Source of the DNA: Clostridia bacterium
GTDB taxonomy: Bacteria > Bacillota > Clostridia > TANB77 > CAG-508
DNA: 55,157 nt
Assembly: GCA_045643205.1 (NCBI GenBank)
Contig: JAZUKI010000001.1
Coordinates: forward strand, 1-55,157
Reading direction: 5' to 3'
This document shows positions 16,992 through 26,933 of the stretch, one piece after another. The notes under the pieces were generated by a model. It was not told where the DNA came from and ran no database searches. It saw only the letters and a list, made by a program, of their open reading frames with translations. Made by a program: the position numbers and the translations under genes. How positions within the stretch are numbered: the stretch's first letter is position 1; each line of letters opens with the position of its first letter.

Positions 16992-18233
16992 ATGATTTTT
17001 TTAGTTATTACAACAGTTATAATATTAAGCTTTTTCATATTTACATTTGTAAAGGTTATATTATCTAAATTCAATAATTATCTTTTTACTCTAATACTAG
17101 AAGTTATTGGAGCTTTTATTGATTTTGTTTTTATAATAGCAAATCAGGAGCCAGGAATTCCAGTATATTTTCTAATATATCTATTAGGAATTGTAATTCC
17201 TTTGATTATTTTCTTATTAGAACAGAAAAATGTATATGTAAATTACATATTAAGAGAGAAATTTACAAAACCTGAAAATCGCCAAGATTTTTATTTTTCA
17301 ATAACAGAAAGAAATAATAACAATTATTGGGCACATAGTAGATTAGCAAAGTATTATGGTGAAAACAATGAATTAGAAAAACAAGAGATAGAATACCTTA
17401 AATTAGTAGAATTAAATAAGACAAATAAAGAAAATTACTGTGAATTAGCTAAAATTCAAGTGAAATTAAATAAACCTAATCAAGCTATTGCTACATTATC
17501 TAGCTTATTAAATGAAGATCCTGGATATTTAGAAGGAAATATTCAGCTAGCTCAAATTTTATATGATACAGAAAAATTTAAAGAAGCAGTTATGGTTTTA
17601 AATCATGCATTAGAGTTTAATCCAACTGCTTATGATTTATATTTTTATCTAGGAATGAATTATACTAGATTAAATGACTTTCAAAATGCAAAGGACAATT
17701 ATCAAAAAGCAGCAACAATTAATGGTTTAACAGGAATCTCAAATCTTAATTTAGGTGAAATTAGTATAATTTTTAAAGACTATGAAACAGCAGAAAAATA
17801 TTTTATGGACTGCTTAAATGATGATGATGATAAAACTGTAGCTTATGCATATTATTACTTAGCAAAAACAAAAATATTCCAAAAGAATTATCAATTAGCT
17901 ATACATTATACTAATTTAGCAATTGAGATTGATCCTAAAATGAAAAAGAAAATAGAAGAAGATAACCATTTTACTCCTATTTTAGGAAATTTAAATATTA
18001 GATTAAAAGATGCCAAAGATAAAGAGATAAACACTAAGATGACAAAACAACAAGAAGAAGTTATTAATATTTTAGAAAGAAATGCTGATTTAGTTGAAGA
18101 CTTAACTAGTGAATATTGTTTTACTAAAGCAGATTATGATTCTTATGAAGAAATGGAAGCAGAACAAGAAAAAGAAACTGAAAAGAATCAAAAATATTAT
18201 AGAGATGATGAAAGATCAAAAGGGGGATTTTAA
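16992..18233 (+). CDS. Membrane-anchored tetratricopeptide repeat protein
   Basis: ATG at 16992 after AAAGGAG; 3 N-terminal TMs followed by ~7 TPR-like repeats (e.g. YFYLGMNY, AYYYLAK, ALEFNP, AIEIDP). Confidence 0.8.
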   Translation: MIFLVITTVIILSFFIFTFVKVILSKFNNYLFTLILEVIGAFIDFVFIIANQEPGIPVYFLIYLLGIVIPLIIFLLEQKNVYVNYILREKFTKPENRQDFYFSITERNNNNYWAHSRLAKYYGENNELEKQEIEYLKLVELNKTNKENYCELAKIQVKLNKPNQAIATLSSLLNEDPGYLEGNIQLAQILYDTEKFKEAVMVLNHALEFNPTAYDLYFYLGMNYTRLNDFQNAKDNYQKAATINGLTGISNLNLGEISIIFKDYETAEKYFMDCLNDDDDKTVAYAYYYLAKTKIFQKNYQLAIHYTNLAIEIDPKMKKKIEEDNHFTPILGNLNIRLKDAKDKEINTKMTKQQEEVINILERNADLVEDLTSEYCFTKADYDSYEEMEAEQEKETEKNQKYYRDDERSKGGF

Positions 18234-18428
18234 ATGAAAAACGAAAGAGGAGTATCTTTAATTTCATTAATTATAGCAATTTTAGTTTTACTATTAATTG
18301 CAGGAGCAGTAATAGCTATAGCTGTTAATAAAAAAGTTTTTACAAACAATGAAAATGATACAATAGAGAATAATACTGTAATAGAAAATATAGTTGAAGA
18401 AAATGCAACTTCAGAAAACAATGCATGA
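18234..18428 (+). CDS. Minimal type IV pilin-like protein (non-canonical leader)
   Basis: MKNERG|VSLISLIIAILVLLLIAGAVI class III signal-like N-terminus, then a short Asn/Glu tail; abuts the TPR stop codon. Confidence 0.7.
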   Translation: MKNERGVSLISLIIAILVLLLIAGAVIAIAVNKKVFTNNENDTIENNTVIENIVEENATSENNA

Positions 18429-18536
18429 TAAATATATAAAAAATATAAACATATAAACTAATATGTATATTATGCGTATCATGTATAAGTTTACAAACAA
18501 AGAAAGATAAATAAACACAAAGGAGAAATACAACAG

Positions 18537-19352
18537 ATGGATATTGGATTACATATAATTATATTCATTATAGGTTGTTTTGTTGGAAGTCTAGTTGAAG
18601 AACTAGGATATAGAATTTCAGCAAAAAAGAAAGTATTTAGTGGAGCTATTAAATGTCATAAATGCAATCAAGATTTTGAATGGTCAGAATGCATCCCAAT
18701 TATAAGTTACCTTATATATAATGGTAAATGCAAACATTGTAACAAACCTTTAGTTTTTAAAAAGTTTGTTGTCGAACTATTATTTGGAATAATGACATTA
18801 TTATTAGGTAAAGCTTATGGAATAACAACTACTACAGCATCAGTAACAAATTTCTGTGAGTTATTTGTTTCTGAACTATATTTAATATTTATATATTTTA
18901 TTATAGTACAAGATTTTAATAATCATGTTGTTTCAACTAAAGTAGTTAATTATGGAATTGTTATTTCAGTAATTAGAATTATTATAGATTACATTAGTTG
19001 CTATATAATGCATCAACAATTAAATTTAAACAGATTAATTATATATTTAATTGCAATATCATTATTACTAGTAGCTAGTCTTACTCAAAAGAAGAAAAAT
19101 AAAAAGAGAGATTATCCTATTAATATGGCTTTAATTTGTGCAATTATGGGATTGTTTACTCAAGAAATAGCAGTTATTATAACAGTTATAATGACATTAA
19201 TAATGACATGTTTAAGAATAGTACTAAAGAAAATAAATGACAAATCAAGCAAATATAAGAATAAAACTGTTCCTAGTTTACCAATAGGAGCTTATCTAGC
19301 AATTTCAAATTTTACAATACTATTAATATCTGTATTTATGTTATTAGATTAA
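18537..19352 (+). CDS. Prepilin peptidase-like protein (A24 with N-terminal Zn domain)
   Basis: GCFVGS, CHKC...IPIISYL...GKCKHC, VELLFG, QD, C-terminal LPIGAYL; GxGD motif not found. Confidence 0.8.
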   Translation: MDIGLHIIIFIIGCFVGSLVEELGYRISAKKKVFSGAIKCHKCNQDFEWSECIPIISYLIYNGKCKHCNKPLVFKKFVVELLFGIMTLLLGKAYGITTTTASVTNFCELFVSELYLIFIYFIIVQDFNNHVVSTKVVNYGIVISVIRIIIDYISCYIMHQQLNLNRLIIYLIAISLLLVASLTQKKKNKKRDYPINMALICAIMGLFTQEIAVIITVIMTLIMTCLRIVLKKINDKSSKYKNKTVPSLPIGAYLAISNFTILLISVFMLLD

Positions 19353-19385
19353 AAACATTATAAAGCAAGGTAAAATGGAGGATAG

Positions 19386-20300
19386 ATGAGAATAGGAATT
19401 GATATAGGTGGCAGTCATATAGCTACAGGAATTGTCAATGAAGAAGGAAAAATAGTAGACAAAGAAGAAAAAAATATTTATTTAGGTGATGTTGCTGAAA
19501 CAGAAGAAAGAGCAAAACAAATAATAATAGCAACTATTACTTCAGAAATAGATAATCTATTAAAGAAAAACAATTATACAAAAAGTGATATTTCTAAAAT
19601 TGGAATTGCAACACCAGGAAATCCATCAGAAACTAATTTAAGAAATTTAGTTAATATGAAAATTAATAATTTTAATATAGTAGAAGAATTACAAAAAACA
19701 TTTAATACAACGATTAAAGTAAAAAATGATGGCAAGTGTTCTGGATTGGCAGAGAAAAAGTATGGCGTATTAAGAGGATATGAAGACTGTATTTATTTAT
19801 GCATTGGTACAGGAGTTGGAAGTGCAGTTTTTTTAAACAACAAATTATTAACGCCAAAATTAAATACAGGTTTTGAATTAGGTCATATGATAATAGATAA
19901 AAATGGAGAACAATGTAATTGCGGAAATAAAGGATGTTTTGAAACATTTGCTTCAATAAAAAGATTTAGAGAAAAAGCAATTAGAAAGTTTGGCTTACCT
20001 ACAGATTGTATAGCAGAAGAAGTACAACAATATATTAGAAAAAATATTGAACGTGAAGATGTAAAAAAATTCGTAGATGAATATATAAAAAGTGTTGCTT
20101 TAGGGGTAGCTAACTTAATAAATATATTTGAACCAGAAGCGATAGCATTTGGCGGAAGCTTTGCATATTATGATGATATCTTCGTACCAATATTGAAAAA
20201 ACAAATTGAAAATAGTTTGTTCAACAAAGGAACAAAATATAAGTTACTAGTAGGACAATTAAAAAATGATGCTGGAATCATTGGTGCAGCTGAATTATAA
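19386..20300 (+). CDS. ROK family sugar kinase (glucokinase-like)
   Basis: GIDIGGS, ND, GTGVG, ELGH...CNCGNKGCFE, AGIIGAA; no HTH. Confidence 0.9.
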   Translation: MRIGIDIGGSHIATGIVNEEGKIVDKEEKNIYLGDVAETEERAKQIIIATITSEIDNLLKKNNYTKSDISKIGIATPGNPSETNLRNLVNMKINNFNIVEELQKTFNTTIKVKNDGKCSGLAEKKYGVLRGYEDCIYLCIGTGVGSAVFLNNKLLTPKLNTGFELGHMIIDKNGEQCNCGNKGCFETFASIKRFREKAIRKFGLPTDCIAEEVQQYIRKNIEREDVKKFVDEYIKSVALGVANLINIFEPEAIAFGGSFAYYDDIFVPILKKQIENSLFNKGTKYKLLVGQLKNDAGIIGAAEL

Positions 20301-20347
20301 AAAAATATAAAAAAATTAAAAAAATGCTAGTAAATTACAAATTGAAA

Positions 20348-20356
20348 TGGTATAAT
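20348..20356 (+). promoter_or_regulatory. Extended -10 promoter
   Basis: TGgTATAAT 32 bp before the ATG. Confidence 0.55.
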
Positions 20357-20388
20357 CCAAGATGTATAAAATTTAAAGGAGAAGAAAA

Positions 20389-20961
20389 ATGGAAGAAAAT
20401 AATAATCAACAACAACCACAACAAGCACAACAATATCAACAATACCAAGCACCACAACAACCACAAGGTGCACCTCAAGGAAACGGAAATCAATTTTTCC
20501 AAGGCTTTACAGCACCAAACACAGAGGATGGATTAAAGAAAAAGTTTGCTGATCTTAAAACAATATTTTTAATTTTAGGAATTTTAGCAGCTATTGGAGT
20601 TATAATTGATTTAGTAACAGTAATTCCAACAATTAAAGCATTAAATGCAGTATCAAGCTTATCAAGATATCTTGTAGGAAGCTCAGTAAGCAGCGGATTA
20701 GTTGCAATATTAATTATTGCTGTAATCATTGATGTTGCTTTCTGCGCAGTACAATGGGTCGGAATGATAATGGCTAAGAAAGAAGATAAGAAAGCTTTAA
20801 TTTTAGGTATTATTGCTGGTGGATTAGAACTTTTAATCGTTTTAATTTGCTTAATCGCAGGTGCAGGATTCAAATGGTTCAATGCAATTATGGGTGGAGC
20901 TTTAATCGCTGATTGTATTATTACATTAAATGCATATAAAGCAGTTAGAGGAAACAAATAA
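20389..20961 (+). CDS. Hypothetical membrane protein with Gln/Pro-rich N-terminus
   Basis: AAAGGAG RBS; QQPQQAQQYQQYQ repeat; about 4 TM helices. Confidence 0.8.
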   Translation: MEENNNQQQPQQAQQYQQYQAPQQPQGAPQGNGNQFFQGFTAPNTEDGLKKKFADLKTIFLILGILAAIGVIIDLVTVIPTIKALNAVSSLSRYLVGSSVSSGLVAILIIAVIIDVAFCAVQWVGMIMAKKEDKKALILGIIAGGLELLIVLICLIAGAGFKWFNAIMGGALIADCIITLNAYKAVRGNK

Positions 20962-20976
20962 TTAATTTAAAAATTT

Positions 20977-21003
20977 AAGACTGGCGTAAGCCAGTCTTTT
21001 TTT
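20977..21003 (+). terminator. Intrinsic terminator
   Basis: AAGACTGGC-gtaa-GCCAGTCTT plus T-run. Confidence 0.85.
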
Positions 21004-21065
21004 ACTTTTAATGTTTAACTTTTAATTTTAGAATTTGAATCTAATAAATAATTTTAGTAAGACAT

Positions 21066-21100
21066 AAAAAACTGATTTTAAAAATTAAAATCAGTTTTTT
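21066..21100 (-). terminator. Terminator after the amylase gene
   Basis: AAAAAACTGATTTTAA...TTAAAATCAGTTTTTT inverted repeat. Confidence 0.7.
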
Positions 21101-21110
21101 ATTTTTAGTT

Positions 21111-22577
21111 TTATAAATTATACATATTATCTTTTTTTATCCAAACAGATACGCTACCTCCATTGCAGTAAAAGATTCCATTACCATCTTTATCAACATA
21201 TACAGGTTCTTTAATGTTTCCTGTACAATCATAAAGCACACAGTTTGCTAAGTTCTTTCCAACATACATTTGCTTATTTCCACCAGGTCCATCTGAAAGA
21301 ATTACAGCCATTCCAGAATCTTGATGATAATAGTCACCAAATCGTGTCCATCCAATAATATCAGGATTATCAAAATAATCTTTTTCTTCACCATATGCTA
21401 AATATTTTCTACACATTAAAAACTTATCTAATATTTCTTTCATAGGTGGTATATTTTTTTCAGGAATTCCATAATAGTCACCATAGAAAATGCAAGGAAT
21501 TCCAACATCTCTAAACATTATGCAAGCATAAGCTGATGGTTTAAACCAATCTTGAACCCATGATTCTAATGATTGTCCAGGTTCTGTATCATGATTATCA
21601 ACAAAAGTAACTGCTCTTGATGGTCTTCTATCAATTAAAGTATCTTCAAATAATTTACTCATATCATAATAACCGCCACTATTAGCAGCATCTCTAAAAT
21701 GATAGTGTAGAGGAGCATCAAACAAAGAAGTTACTTCATCATTATAATCTAAATAATTTAATAGAGAATTAACGTCTCCACTAAAATATTCACCTACTGT
21801 ATAAAAGTCTTCACCAATATAATGTTTTAATTCATGTAGCCATTTTTTATAGAAAGAAAAACGAATATGTTTTACAGCATCTAGTCTAAAACCATCTACA
21901 TGAGTTTGATCAAAATACCATTTACCCCAAAGTGTTAAATCATTAACAACATCAAGATTATTAAAGTCAACATCAGCACCCATTAAATAATCAAAGTTGC
22001 CATGTTCTTTATCGACATCTGGACTAAAATGTTTTCCATAAAATTTGTAAATCTTATTTGTCTCTGTATAAAAGTCATAATCGATTGAAGTAAAGTGAGA
22101 CCAATCTAATTTAAAGTCAGAATATTTATTATTTCTTCCTTCAAAATTATATTTTGTCCAACATAATATTTTTCTATAATCACCAACAGTTAAATTTCTA
22201 TCTTCTTGATTAACTTCATAAGCAATTACTTCTTGCTTTTCATCAGCACCAAGACGATGATTTAAAACAATATCAGCAATAACTTGAATTCCTTCTAATT
22301 GAAGTGCTTCAATAGCTGCTATATATTCATCTTTTGTACCATATTTTGTTCTTATAGAACCTTTTTGATTAAATTCACCTAAATCGTATAAATCATAAAC
22401 TCCATAGCCAGTATCATTAACACCAGAAGCACCCTTATAAGCAGGGGGCAACCAGATTGAAGTAATACCTTTTTCTTTTAAAATAGGAGCTTGATTAATA
22501 AGGTTAGTCCACAATTTACAGTTTGATGGAAGATACCATTCAAAGTACTGCATCATGGTTTTGTTGAGCCTCTTCAT
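21111..22577 (-). CDS. Cytoplasmic alpha-amylase (GH13)
   Basis: MQYFEWY, GYGVYDLYDLGEF, GFRLDAVKH, VGEY, FVDNHD; no signal peptide; start after GGAGG. Confidence 0.93.
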   Translation of the reverse strand: MKRLNKTMMQYFEWYLPSNCKLWTNLINQAPILKEKGITSIWLPPAYKGASGVNDTGYGVYDLYDLGEFNQKGSIRTKYGTKDEYIAAIEALQLEGIQVIADIVLNHRLGADEKQEVIAYEVNQEDRNLTVGDYRKILCWTKYNFEGRNNKYSDFKLDWSHFTSIDYDFYTETNKIYKFYGKHFSPDVDKEHGNFDYLMGADVDFNNLDVVNDLTLWGKWYFDQTHVDGFRLDAVKHIRFSFYKKWLHELKHYIGEDFYTVGEYFSGDVNSLLNYLDYNDEVTSLFDAPLHYHFRDAANSGGYYDMSKLFEDTLIDRRPSRAVTFVDNHDTEPGQSLESWVQDWFKPSAYACIMFRDVGIPCIFYGDYYGIPEKNIPPMKEILDKFLMCRKYLAYGEEKDYFDNPDIIGWTRFGDYYHQDSGMAVILSDGPGGNKQMYVGKNLANCVLYDCTGNIKEPVYVDKDGNGIFYCNGGSVSVWIKKDNMYNL

Positions 22578-22778
22578 AAAAAAGAAAACCTCCAATAATT
22601 TTTATTTGATTCGAAAATTTATATCATTATAGCATTCTTTTTTTTATAAAAATAGATGAAAAATAAAAAAATATATTATATAATTAAACGCAATTGAAAT
22701 GTTGAATTTTACATTGCTCTTAATATATAATTAAAGGGCAATTGAGCAAATATGAATGTAATAAACAAGGAGGAAAAT

Positions 22779-24515
22779 ATGGCTAAAAAGCAAAACAAAT
22801 TAAACAAATTTGCAGTTTTAATAATTTTATTAGTTATAGTTGCAGTTATCTTTATAGTTGTTAAAATTGTTAATTCAAATAAGGTTAACATACTAACTAT
22901 TAATAAGGAAGACGTTGTTTATTACACTCTTAGAAAAGATGGAAAAGTGGGAGTTCTTGATAAAGATGGAAATGTAGTTATTGAGCCTAAGTATGCAGAT
23001 GTTATGATTCCTAATCCTACAAAAGATACATTTATTGTAACTGATTATTTTGAAACTAATACAAAGTGGTATGCTGTTAATAAAAACGGAGAAAAGATTT
23101 TAACTCAATATACTGATGTTCAAGCTATTCCAATTAACTCATTTGTTAGTTATATTCCTTATGAAAAAACAACTTTAATTTTTAAAGAAAATGAAAAATT
23201 AGGTTTGATTGGTATTGATGGAAATAAAATAACAGATGCGATATATGATGAAATTACTGGAATTGATTATAAAGAAGGATATTTAAAAGCAAAGAAAGAT
23301 AATCATTATGGAGTAATCAATATCAACGGAAAAACAGTTATTAATTTTGAATATGACAATGTATCAGCAGATGGTTATTATGATAAAGATAGCAAAAATG
23401 ATAAAGCAGGATTTATTTTAAGAACTAGATCAGACAATGGATATAAGTTTGGTTATGCAGATTCAAATGGAAATGTTATTTTAAAAACAATATACAACGA
23501 GGTTAATAGACTTACAGAAATAGAAGAAAAAGATATATATCTACAAGTTTCTCAAAATGGAAAAGTAGGTATAATGAAAAATAATAATGAATTATTAAAA
23601 ATTGAATTTCAAGATATTGAATATGATAAAGGTTCTAAATTATTTTTAGTTCAACAAAACAATGCACAAGGTATTTACAATTTAAGTGGAGATTGTAAAG
23701 TTCCAATTGATTACAATACAATAAGCTTAGCTGGTGATGTTTTAGTTTGCTATAAGGGCGATGTTAGAAAAGTTTTTGACAAAGAAGGAAATGAAGTTAA
23801 CTTAGATTATGAGTGCTATAAAAAAGTAAATGATGAGTATGGTATAGTAATCGATTCAGAAGGAAGATATAACATTTGCAACAAAGCATATAAGACAACT
23901 ATAAATGAAGGTTATGTTTATATTGAATATTTTACAAACAATTTATTTATTGCAACTAATGAGAGTAAAACAGGTGTAATAGATGCATTAGGAAATATTA
24001 AAGTTCCTTTTGAATATGGAACAATTCAAAAATTAAATGATATTAATGTTTTACAAGCCATTACAATTGATGGAAGTAGAATGGATATTATTGATGGTGA
24101 TGGAAAAATAAATAACGGATTAGTAAATGCTAATTTAGTTAAGACAGAAAAATACATTAAAATTTATAATGATACAGAGGTTAAATATTATTCTTTAGAT
24201 GGAAAAGAAACAGAGTATAAAGATTTAGTAACAGATAATTCTGCTTATGCTTCTAAAAAAGATGGCAAGTGGGGAGTTGTTGATTCAACAGGAAAAATTA
24301 TTGCTAATTATGAATATGAAATGGTTACTGAACTAACAAATGGTAAATATATTGGAGTTAAAAAGAATGGCAAGTGGGGAGTTATTGATTCAACAGGAAA
24401 AGAATTAATTAGTCCAAAATATGAATTAAGTTCTTCAAACAATACATTCTTAGGACAATATTTTGAGATTACAAATGGAACATCAGTGTCTTCATATTGT
24501 GGAGACAACCAATAA
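22779..24515 (+). CDS. WG-repeat membrane-anchored protein
   Basis: AAGGAGG RBS; N-terminal TM; many K(W/Y/V)GxIDxxG repeats. Confidence 0.85.
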   Translation: MAKKQNKLNKFAVLIILLVIVAVIFIVVKIVNSNKVNILTINKEDVVYYTLRKDGKVGVLDKDGNVVIEPKYADVMIPNPTKDTFIVTDYFETNTKWYAVNKNGEKILTQYTDVQAIPINSFVSYIPYEKTTLIFKENEKLGLIGIDGNKITDAIYDEITGIDYKEGYLKAKKDNHYGVININGKTVINFEYDNVSADGYYDKDSKNDKAGFILRTRSDNGYKFGYADSNGNVILKTIYNEVNRLTEIEEKDIYLQVSQNGKVGIMKNNNELLKIEFQDIEYDKGSKLFLVQQNNAQGIYNLSGDCKVPIDYNTISLAGDVLVCYKGDVRKVFDKEGNEVNLDYECYKKVNDEYGIVIDSEGRYNICNKAYKTTINEGYVYIEYFTNNLFIATNESKTGVIDALGNIKVPFEYGTIQKLNDINVLQAITIDGSRMDIIDGDGKINNGLVNANLVKTEKYIKIYNDTEVKYYSLDGKETEYKDLVTDNSAYASKKDGKWGVVDSTGKIIANYEYEMVTELTNGKYIGVKKNGKWGVIDSTGKELISPKYELSSSNNTFLGQYFEITNGTSVSSYCGDNQ

Positions 24516-24537
24516 ATAAAGGAAAGTATTTGATACG

Positions 24538-25770
24538 ATGAATAAAAAAGTAATTGTTATTGGAGGCGGACCAGCAGGAATGTTGGCCGCCATTTCTGCT
24601 AAAAAGCAGGGAAATAATGTAATTTTATTAGAAAAAATGAATAAGCTTGGTAAGAAGTTAGCCATTACTGGAAAAGGTAGATGCAATATTACAAGCTCTC
24701 TTCCTATGGATAAATTTATAGAAAACATTCCTGGAAACGGAAGGTTTTTATATAGTGCATTTCAAAACTTTACAAATGAAGACATATTGAAATTAATTGA
24801 TATTCCAACAAAAAATGAAAGAGGAAACAGAGTATTTCCAGTAAGTGATAGAGCAACAGATGTTATTGAAGCTTTAGTTAGAAAACTTGATGATATTGAT
24901 ATAAAACTTGAAACTGAAGTTAAAGAAATTTTAGTTAATACAGATAGTGAAGGAAAGCAAAAAATTTTTGCAGTAAGAACTCAAAGAGAAGATATTAAAT
25001 GTGATAAAGTTATTTTAGCAACTGGAGGATTAAGCTATCCTGCAACAGGTTCAACAGGTGATGGATATCAAATTGCATCAAAATTAGGACATACAATTGT
25101 TGATACAAGACCATCATTGGTTTCAATGACAGTTGAAGGAGAGTCACTTCATTATTGTCAAGAATTGCAAGGATTATCACTTAAAAATGTTACAATAAAA
25201 TTATTTGAAAATGGAAAGAAAATATATGATGATTTCGGCGAAATGCTATTTACTCATTTTGGAATTTCAGGACCAATTGTTTTAAGTGCATCAGCTCATT
25301 TGGTTAGAAGTAAGATGAAAAATCCATATGCAGAGTTTGATTTAAAACCAGCACTTGATGATGCAAAACTTGATGATAGAATTTTAAGAGATTTCGAAAA
25401 ATATAAAAATAAAGAATTAAAGAATGCATTAAATGATTTATTACCACAAGCAATGATTCCAGTAATTATTGAAAGAAGCGGAATTGAAGCAGAACGAAAA
25501 GTTAATTCAATTACTCGTGAAGAAAGATTAAAAATAATTGAACTATTAAAACATTTTAAAATTGAAATTTCAGGATTCGGTTCAATAAAAGAAGCAATAG
25601 TTACAGCTGGAGGAATTTCAGTTAAAGAAATTAATCCTAAAACAATGGAGTCAAAGCTAGTTGAAGGATTGTTCTTTGCAGGAGAAGTAATTGATGTTGA
25701 TGCTTATACCGGTGGATTTAATTTACAAACAGCTTATTCAACAGGTTATACAGCAGGTTTAGATCAATAA
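24538..25770 (+). CDS. HI0933/YhiN-family flavoprotein
   Basis: GGGPAG, TGKGRCN, GRVFP-like, ATGG...GSTGDG, LFTHFGISGP, TGGFNLQ. Confidence 0.92.
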   Translation: MNKKVIVIGGGPAGMLAAISAKKQGNNVILLEKMNKLGKKLAITGKGRCNITSSLPMDKFIENIPGNGRFLYSAFQNFTNEDILKLIDIPTKNERGNRVFPVSDRATDVIEALVRKLDDIDIKLETEVKEILVNTDSEGKQKIFAVRTQREDIKCDKVILATGGLSYPATGSTGDGYQIASKLGHTIVDTRPSLVSMTVEGESLHYCQELQGLSLKNVTIKLFENGKKIYDDFGEMLFTHFGISGPIVLSASAHLVRSKMKNPYAEFDLKPALDDAKLDDRILRDFEKYKNKELKNALNDLLPQAMIPVIIERSGIEAERKVNSITREERLKIIELLKHFKIEISGFGSIKEAIVTAGGISVKEINPKTMESKLVEGLFFAGEVIDVDAYTGGFNLQTAYSTGYTAGLDQ

Positions 25771-25788
25771 AAATGGAAAGGAAAAATA

Positions 25789-26703
25789 ATGCTAGATAAG
25801 TGTGAAATATGCCCACGTGATTGCAAAGTAAATAGATTAAATGGCCAGCTTGGTTTTTGTAAAGCTAGTGATAAGGTTAAAGTAGCACTAGTGTCAACGC
25901 ACTATTTTGAAGAACCTTGTATAAGTGGAGTTCAAGGTGAAAATCAAAAAGGTTCTGGAACTATATTTTTTAGTAATTGCAATTTAAGATGTATGTTTTG
26001 TCAAAATCATGAGATTAGTCATGAAGGAAAAGGAATAGAAATTACAACAGATAGACTTGCTGAAATAATGATTGAGCAACAAGAGAGAGGAGTAAATAAT
26101 ATTAATTTAGTTACTCCAACAATATATGTTTTTCAAATAGTAGAAGCAATAAAAAAGGCAAAGGCAATGGGACTTCATATTCCTATTGTTTATAATACTT
26201 GTTCTTACGAAACAGTAGAAACAATTAAAATGCTTGATGGATTGATAGATATATATTTACCAGATCTTAAATATTATGCAGATAATATTGCTATAAAATA
26301 TAGTATGGCACCTAATTATTTTGAACAAGCATCAGCAGTTATTAAAGAGATGCAAAGACAAGTTGGTGAAAATGTTTTTGATGAAAATGGAATTATGCAA
26401 AAAGGTATGATAATCAGACATTTAATTCTACCAAATCATATTCAAAATACAAAACATATTCTTAAATGGATAAAAGATAATTTACCTGATGGAACATATG
26501 TAAGTGTTATGGCACAATATTTTCCAACATATAAAGCAAAAGAAGATGAATCAATTAACAGAAAAATTAGTGCTAAAGAATATGCTGAAATTGAGAACTA
26601 TTTAAGCGAATTGGAATTAGAAAATGGTTACATACAAGAACTTGGCAAACATGAGGAAGAATATGTTCCAAATTTTGATTTTAGCAATATTGAGAAGAAA
26701 TAA
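25789..26703 (+). CDS. Radical SAM protein, PflX-like
   Basis: CEICPRDC, HYFEEP, CNLRCMFCQN, NINLVTP, YLPDLKY, IRHLILP. Confidence 0.88.
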   Translation: MLDKCEICPRDCKVNRLNGQLGFCKASDKVKVALVSTHYFEEPCISGVQGENQKGSGTIFFSNCNLRCMFCQNHEISHEGKGIEITTDRLAEIMIEQQERGVNNINLVTPTIYVFQIVEAIKKAKAMGLHIPIVYNTCSYETVETIKMLDGLIDIYLPDLKYYADNIAIKYSMAPNYFEQASAVIKEMQRQVGENVFDENGIMQKGMIIRHLILPNHIQNTKHILKWIKDNLPDGTYVSVMAQYFPTYKAKEDESINRKISAKEYAEIENYLSELELENGYIQELGKHEEEYVPNFDFSNIEKK

Positions 26704-26841
26704 GATTGGATGATAGAACTTAAATAGGATATGTTAATTGATTTTAGCTGTAATCAGAAGAAATAATGGCTAAAAAGCCTTAAAATATGGCATTATGTTA
26801 ATAAAATATATTATATTTTTGTTACAACCCCTTGATTTTTC

Positions 26842-26870
26842 TTGAAAAAATTTGAATCCTCCTATATAAT
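26842..26870 (+). promoter_or_regulatory. SigA promoter of gap operon
   Basis: TTGAAA-17-TATAAT. Confidence 0.7.
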
Positions 26871-26933
26871 TAATTCGTTAGATTGCCAAAGAAATGGCGA
26901 TTACAATTAATTCTTAAGGAGGAATTTTTTATT

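Noticed and set aside
18453-18480. dif-like sequence (reverse strand GATACGCATAA-tataca-...)
   Set aside because: Only the XerC-like arm matches; the XerD arm is poor and gene orientation does not switch here.
20407-20480. CAA-rich repeat as a contingency locus
   Set aside because: An in-frame, imperfect Gln/Pro low-complexity linker, not a frameshifting simple repeat.
26776-26803. TTATGTTAA resembling a XerD arm or a Rex half-site upstream of gap
   Set aside because: No matching second arm; expected by chance in AT-rich DNA.
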